A DNA stretch of 64,000 nucleotides from an uncultured bacterium (lineage in GTDB: Bacteria; Krumholzibacteriota; Krumholzibacteriia; LZORAL124-64-63), in contig CAVSGO010000007.1 of NCBI GenBank assembly GCA_963727525.1, positions 1,856,001 through 1,920,000 on the forward strand. The letters run 5' to 3'. The notes under the pieces are model-generated. The model was given only the letters and a program-made list of their open reading frames with translations. It searched no databases and was not told where the DNA came from. Shown piece after piece: positions 19,440-29,136 of the stretch (positions are counted from its first letter, which is position 1; each line of letters opens with the position of its first letter). A program made the position numbers and the translations under genes.

Positions 19440-19710
19440 CGTCGTCACGTCCTTTCGTTGGTGCACGGAAAATCGACCGTGCAGGTTGGTTCCAGCCGAC
19501 GAGTTTCTCGAGATCCGGAATGTGCTGAAGGATCCTGGCGACCGGCTGCCGTCCGTCATTCCAGACACGCGGTCGAGATGCGGGGTCACACGATATCGCA
19601 ACTTGGCGGTGTTGTTCACCCGGTTCATCGAATTGCGTTGCCACCGCGGCCCGGTCATCTATTCTTGAAGCGATCGGACCTCCTATCAATCTGGCGAAAC
19701 CGGTGGCTTC

Positions 19711-20604
19711 ATGGTCGAACGCACCGCACTGGACCGCCGCGGTCTCGTCCACCTCGGGATCGTCTACGTCGTCTGGGGTAGCACCTATCTCGGGATCCGC
19801 GTGGCGGTACGCGAGGGATCGGGGTTTCCGCCGTTCGCCATGGCGTGCCTGCGTACGGAGGTCGCGGCGATCATCTTACTGACCTGGGCAGCGCTTCGTC
19901 GCGAGCGCTGGCGCTTGACACGCAGCGAACTGGCCCTCCTGGGTGGAAGCGGCGTGTTGCTCTGGGTCGGCGGCAACGGTCTCGTGAGCTGGGCCGAGAA
20001 GCATACGGCCTCCGGCCTCGCCGCTTTGCTCGTGGCTGCCATGCCGATCTGGGCCGAACTCATCGTCCTGGTCCTCGATCGCCGACCACCCGCCCGGCGC
20101 ATGGTGGCCTCGATCGCACTCGGGTTCGCCGGGGTCGGCGTGCTCTCGTGGCCGGTGCTGCGCCAGGGCACCCGCGCCGATGTCTTCGGTGTGGTCGGGC
20201 TGTTGCTCGCTCCGTTCTTCTGGGCTCTCGGCTCGATCTGGTTGCAGCGACGCCGGCCTGATCTCGGCGTGCGCGTGATCTCCGGCTGGCAACATGCGCT
20301 GGGCGGACTCGGCCTGTTCGTGGCCGCCTGGTGCCACGGAGAGCCCCTGCCCCAACCGACGGCTCAGGCCTGGTTGGCCTGGGGTTACCTCGTGCTGTTC
20401 GGTTCGGTGATCGCCTTCACGTCCTACATGGCGGCCCTCCGGTCCCTGCCTTATGCGGTCGTCGTCACATACACCTACGCGAATCCGGTCATTGCCGTAT
20501 TCCTGGGCCGGCTGATCCTGCACGAGAGCGTGACGGGTTGGACCCTCGCCGGTTCCGGCTTCGTGGTCGCCGGCATCACGGGCGTCTTCCACAACCGGCG
20601 CTGA
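19711..20604 (+). CDS. EamA/DMT family transporter (YedA-like)
   Basis: VYVVWGSTYL, SGLAALLVA, YLVLFGSVIAF, YTYANPVIAV; ~10 TM. Confidence 0.92.
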   Translation: MVERTALDRRGLVHLGIVYVVWGSTYLGIRVAVREGSGFPPFAMACLRTEVAAIILLTWAALRRERWRLTRSELALLGGSGVLLWVGGNGLVSWAEKHTASGLAALLVAAMPIWAELIVLVLDRRPPARRMVASIALGFAGVGVLSWPVLRQGTRADVFGVVGLLLAPFFWALGSIWLQRRRPDLGVRVISGWQHALGGLGLFVAAWCHGEPLPQPTAQAWLAWGYLVLFGSVIAFTSYMAALRSLPYAVVVTYTYANPVIAVFLGRLILHESVTGWTLAGSGFVVAGITGVFHNRR

Positions 20605-20610
20605 TCGGCG

Positions 20611-22458
20611 TCACCCGGTCTCCGCTTCGCGGATGAGCGCAAGGAACGCGTCGCCGTAGCGCGCCAGCTTGGACTCGCCGACGCCGCTGATCTGCAGCAT
20701 GGTTTCCGGAGTCAACGGACGGTGCGCCGCCATGGCCGCCAGCGTGCGGTCGTGGAAGATCACGTAGGGCGGCACTCCCTGTTCCGCGGCGAGTTCCCGG
20801 CGCCTGGCCCGCAGCTGCGCGAACAGAGCCTCCGCACCGGCGTCGAGCTGCGTGCCGTCGGCGTCTAGGGCAGCCGAACGCCGGGTCCGGGCGGCGGTGC
20901 GCGCGCCGACGAGCACGTCGCGCCGCAACTCGAGACGATCGCGACCGCGGAGCACCGGGTCGGCTGCCGCTGTGAGGCGCAAGCCGCCGTAGCCGTCTGG
21001 ATCCACGACCAGCAGGCCTCGCGCGAGGAGCTGCCGCGCCACGCTGCGCCACCCGTGTTCGTCCAGCTCGTCCCCCACGCCGAAGGTTGGCAGCCGATCG
21101 TGTCCCCACTGGCGGATGCGGTCGTTCTCGCGTCCGCGCAGCACGTGGATGAGGTGCTGCGCCCCGAAACGCTGACCGGTACGCACGGCGCAGGAAAGGA
21201 ACTTCTGCGCGGCCACCGTGCCGTCGTAGGTTTCCGGGGGTGCGAGACAGGTATCGCAGTTGCCGCACGGGGACTCGAGCACGTCACCGAAGTAGCGCAG
21301 CAGCACCTGCCGGCGGCACGTCGTGACCTCGCAGTAGCCGAGCATGGCATCGAGCCCCTGCTGCTCGCGGCGCTGATGCATGGCGTCCGCGTCCGACCGA
21401 GCGAGCATCTGGCGCAACAGCACGACATCCTGCAGTCCGTAACAGAGCCACGCCTCGGCGGGCATCCCATCGCGGCCGGCACGGCCCGTCTCCTGGTAAT
21501 AAGCTTCGAGCGAGCGCGGCAGATCGAGGTGCGCGACGAAGCGGACGTCGGGCTTATCAATGCCCATGCCGAAGGCGATGGTCGCCGTCATCACCAGGCC
21601 GTCCTCGCGCAGGAACCGCTCCTGATGCACGCGGCGCACCTCGGCGGGCAGGCCCGCGTGGTATGGCAGCGCGGCGATCCCCTGGCCTTCCAGGAAGGCC
21701 GCCGTTTCCTCCGTCTTGCGCCGGGACAGGCAATAGACGATGCCCGCGTCGCCGGGATGCTCCCGTTGCAGGAAGCGCAGGAGTTGCTGGCGCGGTTGCG
21801 TTTTTGGCGTCACGAGGTAGCGGATGTTGGGACGATCGAACCCCGCGACGAAGAGCCGCCCACCGGCGAGCCCCAGCTTTTCGACGATCTCCTCGCGCGT
21901 GCGCTGATCGGCGGTGGCCGTGCTCGCCAGCCTCGGCACGTCGGGATAGCGGTCCGCGAGAACGTCGAGCTGCAGATACTCGGGGCGGAAATCGTGTCCC
22001 CACTGGGAGACGCAGTGCGCCTCGTCGATCGCGAAGAGAGCGAGACCTGTGGGCGGCTCGGCCGCGTGCACCTCGTCGAGCAGGACGAGTGTGCGCTCCT
22101 GCAGGAGCCGCTCGGGCGCCACATAGAGCAGGTCGAGCGTACCGTCGCGCAGGGCCGCCTCCGTACTTCGCACCTGCGCGGCCGTCAGCGTGGAGTTGAG
22201 GTAGGCGGCGCGCAGACCAAGAAGGTGCAGAGCCGCCACCTGGTCTTGCATGAGCGCAATGAGCGGCGACACCACCACGCCCGTACCAGGCCGGAGCAGG
22301 GCCGGGATCTGGTAACACAGAGACTTGCCGCCACCGGTGGGCATGAGCACGAGCGCGTCGCCACCACCGACCACGTGATCGATGATCTCGGCCTGGGCGC
22401 CGCGGAACGAGGGATACCCGAAGACGTTACGGAGGATGTCGCGTGCGTTCGCCGTCAT
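20611..22458 (-). CDS. recQ: DNA helicase RecQ
   Basis: [41 protein letters not shown], zinc-binding CRR..CGNCD, RQC and HRDC domains. Confidence 0.97.
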   Translation of the reverse strand: MTANARDILRNVFGYPSFRGAQAEIIDHVVGGGDALVLMPTGGGKSLCYQIPALLRPGTGVVVSPLIALMQDQVAALHLLGLRAAYLNSTLTAAQVRSTEAALRDGTLDLLYVAPERLLQERTLVLLDEVHAAEPPTGLALFAIDEAHCVSQWGHDFRPEYLQLDVLADRYPDVPRLASTATADQRTREEIVEKLGLAGGRLFVAGFDRPNIRYLVTPKTQPRQQLLRFLQREHPGDAGIVYCLSRRKTEETAAFLEGQGIAALPYHAGLPAEVRRVHQERFLREDGLVMTATIAFGMGIDKPDVRFVAHLDLPRSLEAYYQETGRAGRDGMPAEAWLCYGLQDVVLLRQMLARSDADAMHQRREQQGLDAMLGYCEVTTCRRQVLLRYFGDVLESPCGNCDTCLAPPETYDGTVAAQKFLSCAVRTGQRFGAQHLIHVLRGRENDRIRQWGHDRLPTFGVGDELDEHGWRSVARQLLARGLLVVDPDGYGGLRLTAAADPVLRGRDRLELRRDVLVGARTAARTRRSAALDADGTQLDAGAEALFAQLRARRRELAAEQGVPPYVIFHDRTLAAMAAHRPLTPETMLQISGVGESKLARYGDAFLALIREAETG

Positions 22459-22574
22459 GGGGGCAGACTATGCACGGTCCGGGCCGAACGCCACGAAACA
22501 CCGTCGCGTCGACGGGCATGCACGCGCAGCCGCACCCCTGAGCGTGGCCCCGGCGCGGGCGCCGTCAGCGATCG

Positions 22575-22879
22575 CTAGGTGTGGGTACGTTGGTGCCGGC
22601 GCCACTGGCGATGGCTACGCAACGCTCCGAGGAAGGCTCCCACGGCCACCGCCATGCAGGCCCAGTCGAACCGGATCTGGAATCCGAAGGCATCGACCAG
22701 TCGGAAGTAGGGACCGCTGAAACTCCCCGCAACATACGCGACGATCAGCAGCAACCCGTATCCGCCGAGGTGGCGTGGTCGGACCCGCCGTCCCGTGAGC
22801 GCCCAGCCCAACCCCCCGAAGATGCCGGCCGTCACGAGCCAGCTCACAACGCCAGTAGCATCGCGTCGTTCCTCCTGCA
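22575..22879 (-). CDS. small hypothetical membrane protein
   Basis: Three hydrophobic segments; start uncertain. Confidence 0.45.
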
Positions 22880-22914
22880 TGTTTCCACGGACCCCGTGTG
22901 GGACAACGGGCAAT

Positions 22915-23456
22915 CTACCCTGCACTACCGGCCGCTATTCGAAGGCCGAACAGGCGACCTGCGCGGCGCATATCAAGACACCTGGCCCTCAGCACATGCC
23001 GCGATGTTGACGGCGCTCCAGTGCGAGTCGGCTTTGCGCGGCGTGAAACGGATCTGGTAGCGCTTGTCGACGCAGAACGACTCACCTGCCACCCCACGCG
23101 AACGGCCACGAGATTGACGATGAGCTGGAACGACCAGAGTGCCACCAGATTACCGAACGCGGTGAGGTAGCCCTGGGTGACGTAGTGCACCGGTACGAAG
23201 ACCAGCGCCGCGATGACCGGTGCCAGCCCGTAGACCCACCAGCTCTGGCGAACTTCGACGAGGCGCAGACATCGCGGGCCGCGATGGCTCACGAGCCACG
23301 ACCACAGCGCGAACGCCGAGATCGACACCAGGACTGCGGGACCTGCGACTCGAGTTGAGCGCCGCCCGTCAGGGCCCACGCGTAGAAGCCCAAGACGATG
23401 CTGCCAAGATTCAGGAACGCCAGGATACTCGAGTGAAGCATGATGCGTCGGATCAT
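22915..23456 (-). pseudogene. hypothetical membrane protein with an apparent frameshift near 23340
   Basis: GGAGGAGG RBS + ATG 23456 gives hydrophobic MIRRIMLHSSILAFLNLGSIVLGFYAW; hydrophobic continuation AVLVSISAFALW..HYVTQGYLTAFGNL lies in another frame. Confidence 0.5.
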
Positions 23457-23529
23457 CCCGTCCCTCCTCCGTACTCCGTTCGGGCCGGACTCACCGCAGG
23501 ATCATACCGCATTGCCAACGCTCATTCAA

Positions 23530-23949
23530 TCACGGCATCTCGCCCCGCGCATAGGTCACGAGGAACTGCTGCGTGCCCGCGGCCGTGGTGAACGTCGTGG
23601 TGCGCTCGGGCCCGCCGAGGTTGTAGCATATGCGGAGCGATTCGCCGCTCACCTCGTAGATCGCCGGGATCGTCTTGCCGGCGTTGGGGCCGGCGACACC
23701 GGTGATGTCGAGCGCGCGCGGCGTCGTGTCCGGCACGAAGACGACGGTCCCCTCGTCCTCTTGCTCTCCCACGAGCACGGTATAGTGTCCATCCTTCACG
23801 GTGAGCTGAATCGTCTTCACGACAGCGTCCGGAAACGGCTGGCCGCCCAGCTCTCCGGATACGGCATGCCACGTGCCCTCGACCATGGCGGCCGCCTTGG
23901 CGTGGTGTATCTGGCAACCGGCAGATACCAGCGCGAGTCCGAGCAGCAC
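23530..23949 (-). CDS. TIGR03067-type domain protein, probable lipoprotein
   Basis: EGTW..SGELGG, PRALDITG, GKTIPAIYE..LRICY..RxTTF; VSAGC lipobox-like; start uncertain. Confidence 0.75.
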   Translation of the reverse strand: MLLGLALVSAGCQIHHAKAAAMVEGTWHAVSGELGGQPFPDAVVKTIQLTVKDGHYTVLVGEQEDEGTVVFVPDTTPRALDITGVAGPNAGKTIPAIYEVSGESLRICYNLGGPERTTTFTTAAGTQQFLVTYARGEMP

Positions 23950-23988
23950 AGAAACCAGACTTGAAGTTTTCGAGATACGCCTCCGATC

Positions 23989-24435
23989 TCAATCCGGTAT
24001 ATCAGGTTCGACGACGCAGGCCAGCTGCGCGAGAGATTCCTGCCATCCCAGGTAACAGGCTTCGACGGGAATCGCCTCGGGAATGCCTTCCTGCACGATG
24101 GTCAGCTCCGTCCCGCAGGAGACGGCTTTCAATGTGACCGTGGTGATCATTTCCCCAGGGAGATTCGGATCATCGAAGTGGTCGTCGTATCGCAACTTCG
24201 CGTTCGGCACGAGTTCGAGGTACTTGCCACCGAACGATTGCGCCGTGCCCGTGGAGAAGTTCGTGAACGACATCTTGAACGATCCGCCCACCCTGGCGTC
24301 GTCGTGGTGCACCGTGGCGGTGAACCCATGCGGCGGCAGCCATTTCGCCTTGGCGTCGGCGGCGAGGAAGGCACGGTAGACCTTGTCCGGGGTCGTACGG
24401 AGCACGCGGTGGAGTTTCACGGTGCCGGAAGCCAT
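23989..24435 (-). CDS. SRPBCC/AHSA1 family protein
   Basis: TVKLHRVL..KVYRAF..KWLPP, DARVGG.FKMSF, CYLGWQESL. Confidence 0.9.
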   Translation of the reverse strand: MASGTVKLHRVLRTTPDKVYRAFLAADAKAKWLPPHGFTATVHHDDARVGGSFKMSFTNFSTGTAQSFGGKYLELVPNAKLRYDDHFDDPNLPGEMITTVTLKAVSCGTELTIVQEGIPEAIPVEACYLGWQESLAQLACVVEPDIPD

Positions 24436-24439
24436 GGCA

Positions 24440-24946
24440 TCACCTTTCCGGGTTGGGGACCGAGGCGCGATAGACGAGGAAGTCCGTGACGGGCGGCGGC
24501 ACGTCGACACGGCGCAGCATCGCCGCGAGCTGGCCACGATGATAGGTACCGTGGTTCACCATATGAACGCACACGTCGACGAGGAGACTCGCACCAGCCT
24601 TGCCGCTGAGCAATTGGAATGTGAGCGGCCTGGCGAGTGCCCCGTCGTCGAGGCCATCGAGAAAAGCTCGACGTCGCTCGCTGATACCGATGAGCCGCTC
24701 GACGATCGCGGGCAGATCGTCAGTGTCAATCCACTCCGGGATCGCGGACGGGTTCACGCCGTCGAAACGCTCGACCCAGATCCACTCGGCGCCCGTGATG
24801 TGCGCCATCACGCCCCGGATGGAGGGAAAACTGCCACCGAGGTCGCGGTCGGTCACATCGGCGGGAAGTGCGAGCACCGCGGCCGCGCAGCGCGCGTTCG
24901 CCCAGTCGTGATAGCGGAACAGGTCACGCACGTCCGCCACCGTCAT
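24440..24946 (-). CDS. DinB family protein
   Basis: YHDWAN, FPSIRGVMAHI..AE..W, HMVNHGTYHRGQ. Confidence 0.9.
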   Translation of the reverse strand: MTVADVRDLFRYHDWANARCAAAVLALPADVTDRDLGGSFPSIRGVMAHITGAEWIWVERFDGVNPSAIPEWIDTDDLPAIVERLIGISERRRAFLDGLDDGALARPLTFQLLSGKAGASLLVDVCVHMVNHGTYHRGQLAAMLRRVDVPPPVTDFLVYRASVPNPER

Positions 24947-25605
24947 TTTGACGCCGCCTCGTCGCGCCTTCGCAGAAAGACGTGTGGGGCACGCTCACCC
25001 GCCACGTGGCGCGTGCACGCGTAACCCAGCGCGCTCAGATCGAGGTCGCGAAAGAGCGGTTCGCCGCGCCCCAGAAGGACGGGTCGGACGGCGAGATGCA
25101 GCGAGTCGATCAGACGTTCCTGCAGGTACTGCCGGATGGTCGCGACACCGCCGCCGACCCGCACGTCCTTGCTGCCAGCCGCGGTGCGCGCCTGCGCGAG
25201 GGCGTCGTGGATCCCGCCGGTGACGAAGTGGAACTCGGTGCCGCCGGCCATGCGTAGCACGGGCCGCGCATGGTGCGTGAGCACGAAGACTGGGACGTGG
25301 TACGGAGGCTCCTCGCCCCACCAGCCGCGCCAGCGGTCGTCGGGCCAGGGGCCGCGCACGGGGCCGAACATGTTGCGACCGAGGATCCAGGCGCCGACGT
25401 TCGTGAAGCCACGTGCCGCCGTCTCGTTGTCGATGCCTGCCTCGCCGTCCTCGCCGCCGTGCATCTGCCGGAAGACGTGTGTCGGGAAAAACCACTCCAT
25501 CAACTCGGGGCCACGGACACCGAGCGGATGCTCGGAATCCTGATCAGGGCCCGCCCCGAAGCCATCGAGCGAGACGGCAAAGCTTTCGACACGGAGTTGC
25601 GACAT
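24943..25605 (-). CDS. dihydrofolate reductase family (RibD C-terminal) protein
   Basis: SLDGFGAGP, GAWILGRNMF, PVFVLTH, GGGVATI, PVLLGRGE. Confidence 0.9.
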   Translation of the reverse strand: MSQLRVESFAVSLDGFGAGPDQDSEHPLGVRGPELMEWFFPTHVFRQMHGGEDGEAGIDNETAARGFTNVGAWILGRNMFGPVRGPWPDDRWRGWWGEEPPYHVPVFVLTHHARPVLRMAGGTEFHFVTGGIHDALAQARTAAGSKDVRVGGGVATIRQYLQERLIDSLHLAVRPVLLGRGEPLFRDLDLSALGYACTRHVAGERAPHVFLRRRDEAASK

Positions 25606-25724
25606 GGTGCACCTCGATCGCCGTGGCAAAGGGATCCCGGGGCGTCCCGGAGTCTATTACGACAAATATTGTAAAGTATCCGGCGAATCCCGGCAATGGC
25701 TTGCCGCTCGACCGAGCCGAAAGA

Positions 25725-25753
25725 TGAGGCCGGTCGTGCGGCGACCGGCCTCA
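25725..25753 (-). terminator. hairpin downstream of prxU
   Basis: TGAGGCCGGTCG-5nt-CGACCGGCCTCA. Confidence 0.65.
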
Positions 25754-25782
25754 ACCTCTCGACCCGGGATGCGAAAGTCAGC

Positions 25783-26493
25783 TCATGGCTTCCAGTGCTG
25801 CCAGACGTTGCCGACCAGGTCCGGGCCCGGCGTGAGCGTCGTGTCCCCCGGCTGCCAGCCCGACGGCGTGACCTCGCCCGTCTTGACGACGTGCTGGAAC
25901 GCCTTCACCTGGCGCAGGAGTTCATGCGGATTGCGGCCCACCTCGGGCGTGAGCACTTCCATGGCGCGGATATTGAAGTCGGGATCGATGATGAAGCGAC
26001 CGCGGATGTCGACACCCGCCGCTTCCTCGTACACGCCGTAGACGGCGCCGATCTGCCCGCCGGCGTCGGAGAGCATCGGGAAGGGCACGCCACCCTCCAC
26101 CATCTTCGCCAGCTCCGCGGCCTGCCAGATCTTGTGCACGAATCGGCTGTCGGTGCTCATGGCCAGCACCTGCACGCCCAGCTTGTCGAACTCGTCCCTG
26201 AGGGCTGCGACCGCAGCCAGCTCGGTGGGTCAGACGAAGGTGAAGTCACCCGGGTAGAAGCAGAGGACGATCCACTTCCCCTTGTGGTCGCTCAGCCTGA
26301 CTGGCAGAAAACCCTTGCCTTCGACGTAGGCGGTGGCCTCGAAATCCGGCGCGGGATGGCCGACCCTCGCATGCATGCGCGGTACCTCCTGGACGGTCGT
26401 GGCCGCGACCTGCGACGGGGCGTTATCCTGGACGATGGGCCCGCGCGCCGGCTTCACGCAGCCGTCCTTCTCCTTGGGTTGGGTCATGGTCAT
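25783..26493 (-). CDS. prxU: selenocysteine-containing peroxiredoxin (AhpC/Prx1 type); TGA at 26232-26230 read as Sec
   Basis: The two track ORFs are in frame: [19 protein letters not shown] at the peroxidatic Cys position; SECIS-like hairpin immediately 3'; VGRN and PSGW motifs. Confidence 0.9.
26197..26225 (-). other. bacterial SECIS element
   Basis: mRNA CCGAG-CU-GGCUGC-GGUC-GCAGCC-CUCAGG directly after the UGA; G-containing apical loop about 18 nt from the UGA. Confidence 0.75.
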
Positions 26494-26540
26494 GAACTCC
26501 TTGCTGCCGGACGGGATGGTCCCGGCTCCAGAAAGGTAGC

Positions 26541-26555
26541 TTAGACGTTGTCTAA
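26541..26555. promoter_or_regulatory. palindromic operator upstream of prxU (PerR/Fur-like)
   Basis: TTAGAC-GTT-GTCTAA in an AT-rich promoter region. Confidence 0.5.
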
Positions 26556-26600
26556 CGTAAACCGTTATCAATTCAATAGGATATACGGCCCGGGCCTATG

Positions 26601-27232
26601 TCAGAAATGCAATCCGAGGAGCACGTCGATCGCCTCGACGTTCGCGCCGTAGGTGAACCCGTCGGCCTCGTCGAGGCCCGAGAGGGTGCGGCTGGCGTGG
26701 ATCTCGACGCTTCCCTCCCACGGGCCGAAAGGCACCTCGACACCCGCCCCCAGCACGGCGGCAACCTCCGAGGATTCGGCCCAGCCCGAGATGCGCGTGG
26801 TGTCCCACGTCAATTCGGACGATACGGGCCGGCGCCACGTCACACCCCCGATCAGCACCGGATGCCACCGCTGGCGCTCGCGGAATCGATGGCGCAGGCA
26901 GAGAGGGACTTCCAGGTAATCGATCCGGTAGGTCGCCTCCCTGACCTCGGCGAGCGGTCCATCGGGATAGGACAGCTCGTCCCGGTACGCACCGCCGCGA
27001 CGGCTGACGAAAAGACCCGATCGCACGGACAGGTTGGGCGCGAGTTCCAGCGCCACGGTGGGGCCGACGATCACACCTTCGCGCCAGTGCGATCCCCCCA
27101 GCCGCGCATGTCCAGGCGCGACGACGAGAGGCCGACCTGCGTGCCGAACTTGACGCCGCCCGCGCACGCCGCGCCGACGAAGACGCCTGCGAGTGTGGCG
27201 ACCACCGCCGCGGTCCTCATGATCGTGCGCAT
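26601..27232 (-). pseudogene. outer-membrane beta-barrel (porin family) protein, frameshifted at a G6 tract
   Basis: Signal peptide + KFGTQVGLSSS in one frame; YRIDYLEVPL..DVLLGLHF (terminal Phe) in another; junction at 27094-27099. Confidence 0.7.
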
Positions 27233-27243
27233 CGCGTCCACCT

Positions 27244-27910
27244 CTAGCCTGGGTTCGCGCCGCGTACGTGGCGGCGGATCCTCGCCACCGCCACCCGGTA
27301 GAAGTCTTCCCACTGCCCCGGATTGATCGCCACACGCACCATGCGCACTCCGAAGGCCTCGAGCATCTCGAGCTTGCGTTCCTCGGCACGGTGTTCGCGG
27401 ATGCCTGTCTGGCGCGGATGATAGTAGCGAATCGTACCCGTGATGTCTCGTCCGTCGGCAAGCATCCGCGCACGATAAGAGAGGATCCACCACAGGTGCA
27501 TCTCCACCGTGTCGAGCGCGAGCCCGAGGATGTGCACGTCGGTGGTGAAGAACAGATCGACCCAGGAATAGAGGGGCATGTCCGGCGACAGCCGACCGAT
27601 CAACGGCGGCGGGCGGAACCCGCGATACGCGGGACGCGACGTCGTGTACTCCCCGATCTTCTGCAGCGCTCCGGCGTAGTGGTCGTAACCGAGCATGATC
27701 GCGCGAGGCGCCGTCACGTCGCCATGGAGATGCCAGAAGTACCGCCCGTCGATGGGGAAATGTCGGAACAGGCTGTATCGCTGCTCCCTCACCACCGCGG
27801 CGCTGCGCAACCGTATGTGTCCGTTGGCCAGATGCTCGAACACCGTGTCGTAGTTGGTCGTCAAGAAGTGCTGCAGACCAAGGGCGAGAATATCCGCATG
27901 CAATCGATGT
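27244..27910 (-). pseudogene. SIR2-like (SIR2_2) domain coding region whose 5' end abuts the IS
   Basis: FLTTNYDTVFE, WHLHGD, IMLGYDHY, VHILGLAL..E..LWWIL; no N-terminal GxG motif or RBS. Confidence 0.75.
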
Positions 27911-27913
27911 AAC

Positions 27914-29136
27914 GTGCCACGAAGAATGTTGACCGGTCCAGCGCTTGCCTGGGCCCGTCTTCATGAACACCAAAACACTCACTTCATGCCCTACGCTTCC
28001 GCCCCACTGCCCCAACCCTAACTGCAAATACCACAAGCCTCAGCCGCAACCCTGGCCCTTCGCGCTCTTCGGCACGTTCTCCCGAAAATCCCCGCCCTAC
28101 ACCGTCCAACGTTACCTCTGCCTGGCCTGTGGCAGAACCTGCTCAGACCAGACCTTCCGCACCACATACTGGCTCAAACGCGCCGATCTCCTGCCCAAGG
28201 TCCACAAGCACGCCGTCTCTGGCGCCGCCAACCGCCAGATCGCCAGGCTCCTCGACACCTCGCCGACGACCGTCGACAACCTCCTCGCTCGCCTCGGCCG
28301 ACACTGCATCCTCTTCCATCGACACCTGGTGTCCCAGGCGTCACCCTTCGTGGACATTGCCATCGACGGGCTCGTCACCTTCGAGCACTCCCAGTACTTC
28401 CCCTACGAGATCGTCGCGGCCGTCGATCGCCGCTCCAGCTTCATCATCCACTTCGCCGAGGCCGAGCGACGACGCAGCGGGGCGATGACCGACGAGCAGC
28501 AATGGAAACGGTCCCTCTTTGAACAAAACTATGGCCGGCCGGACCCCAGGTCGTTGATGCGGGCGCTGCTCGAGGTGCTCTCGGTCTCGCTCGACGGCGC
28601 CACCGAGGCCCACATCTGGAGCGACAAGCACAAGACCTATCCCTATGCGATCGCGAAGCTACGGTACGGCAAGGTGATCCACGAGACGATCGACTCCCGT
28701 GAGCCGCGGACGAGTCGCAACCCGTTGTTCGAGGTCAACTTGCTGGACATGTTGCTGCGGCATTGTCTGAAAGACCACACGCGGGGGACGATCGCGTTCG
28801 GAAAGCGACGCCAGCATTCGATCTACCGGCTGGCGATCTTCCTGGTGTGGCGCAACACGATCAAGTTGCGTCGGGAGAAGCGGTGCTGGAGCACGCCGGC
28901 GATGCAGATCGGGATCGCCACGAAGCCCCTGACCGAGGAGGAGGTGTTGTCGCGGCGGCTGTTCGTGTCGCATATCGAGTTGCCGCCGTTGTGGGATGAC
29001 TACTACTGGCGACGGGTCGAGACGCGGCCATTGAAGGTGAACCGGAGGCACAAGCTGACGTACGCCGCGTAGTGAGAAAGTCGGGCCTAGCGGGCGAGAT
29101 CGCGGTGCGAAGCCTCATCAACATTCTTCTTGGCAC
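27914..29136 (+). mobile_element. insertion sequence copy 1 (1223 bp), IS1/IS1595-like
   Basis: Terminal IRs GTGCCA(C/A)GAAGAATGTTGA; flanked by AAC on both sides; near-identical inverted copy at 54724-55946. Confidence 0.9.
27945..29072 (+). CDS. transposase (zinc ribbon + HTH + DDE-like)
   Basis: CPNPNC..QRYLCLACGRT, RQIARLL HTH, IAIDG, WSDK, TPAMQIGI; ATG at 27963 is an alternative start. Confidence 0.85.
   Translation: MPGPVFMNTKTLTSCPTLPPHCPNPNCKYHKPQPQPWPFALFGTFSRKSPPYTVQRYLCLACGRTCSDQTFRTTYWLKRADLLPKVHKHAVSGAANRQIARLLDTSPTTVDNLLARLGRHCILFHRHLVSQASPFVDIAIDGLVTFEHSQYFPYEIVAAVDRRSSFIIHFAEAERRRSGAMTDEQQWKRSLFEQNYGRPDPRSLMRALLEVLSVSLDGATEAHIWSDKHKTYPYAIAKLRYGKVIHETIDSREPRTSRNPLFEVNLLDMLLRHCLKDHTRGTIAFGKRRQHSIYRLAIFLVWRNTIKLRREKRCWSTPAMQIGIATKPLTEEEVLSRRLFVSHIELPPLWDDYYWRRVETRPLKVNRRHKLTYAA

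Noticed and set aside
26230-26232. Nonsense mutation making the peroxiredoxin a pseudogene
   Set aside because: The TGA sits at the catalytic Cys position with a SECIS-like hairpin downstream; Sec is the better explanation.
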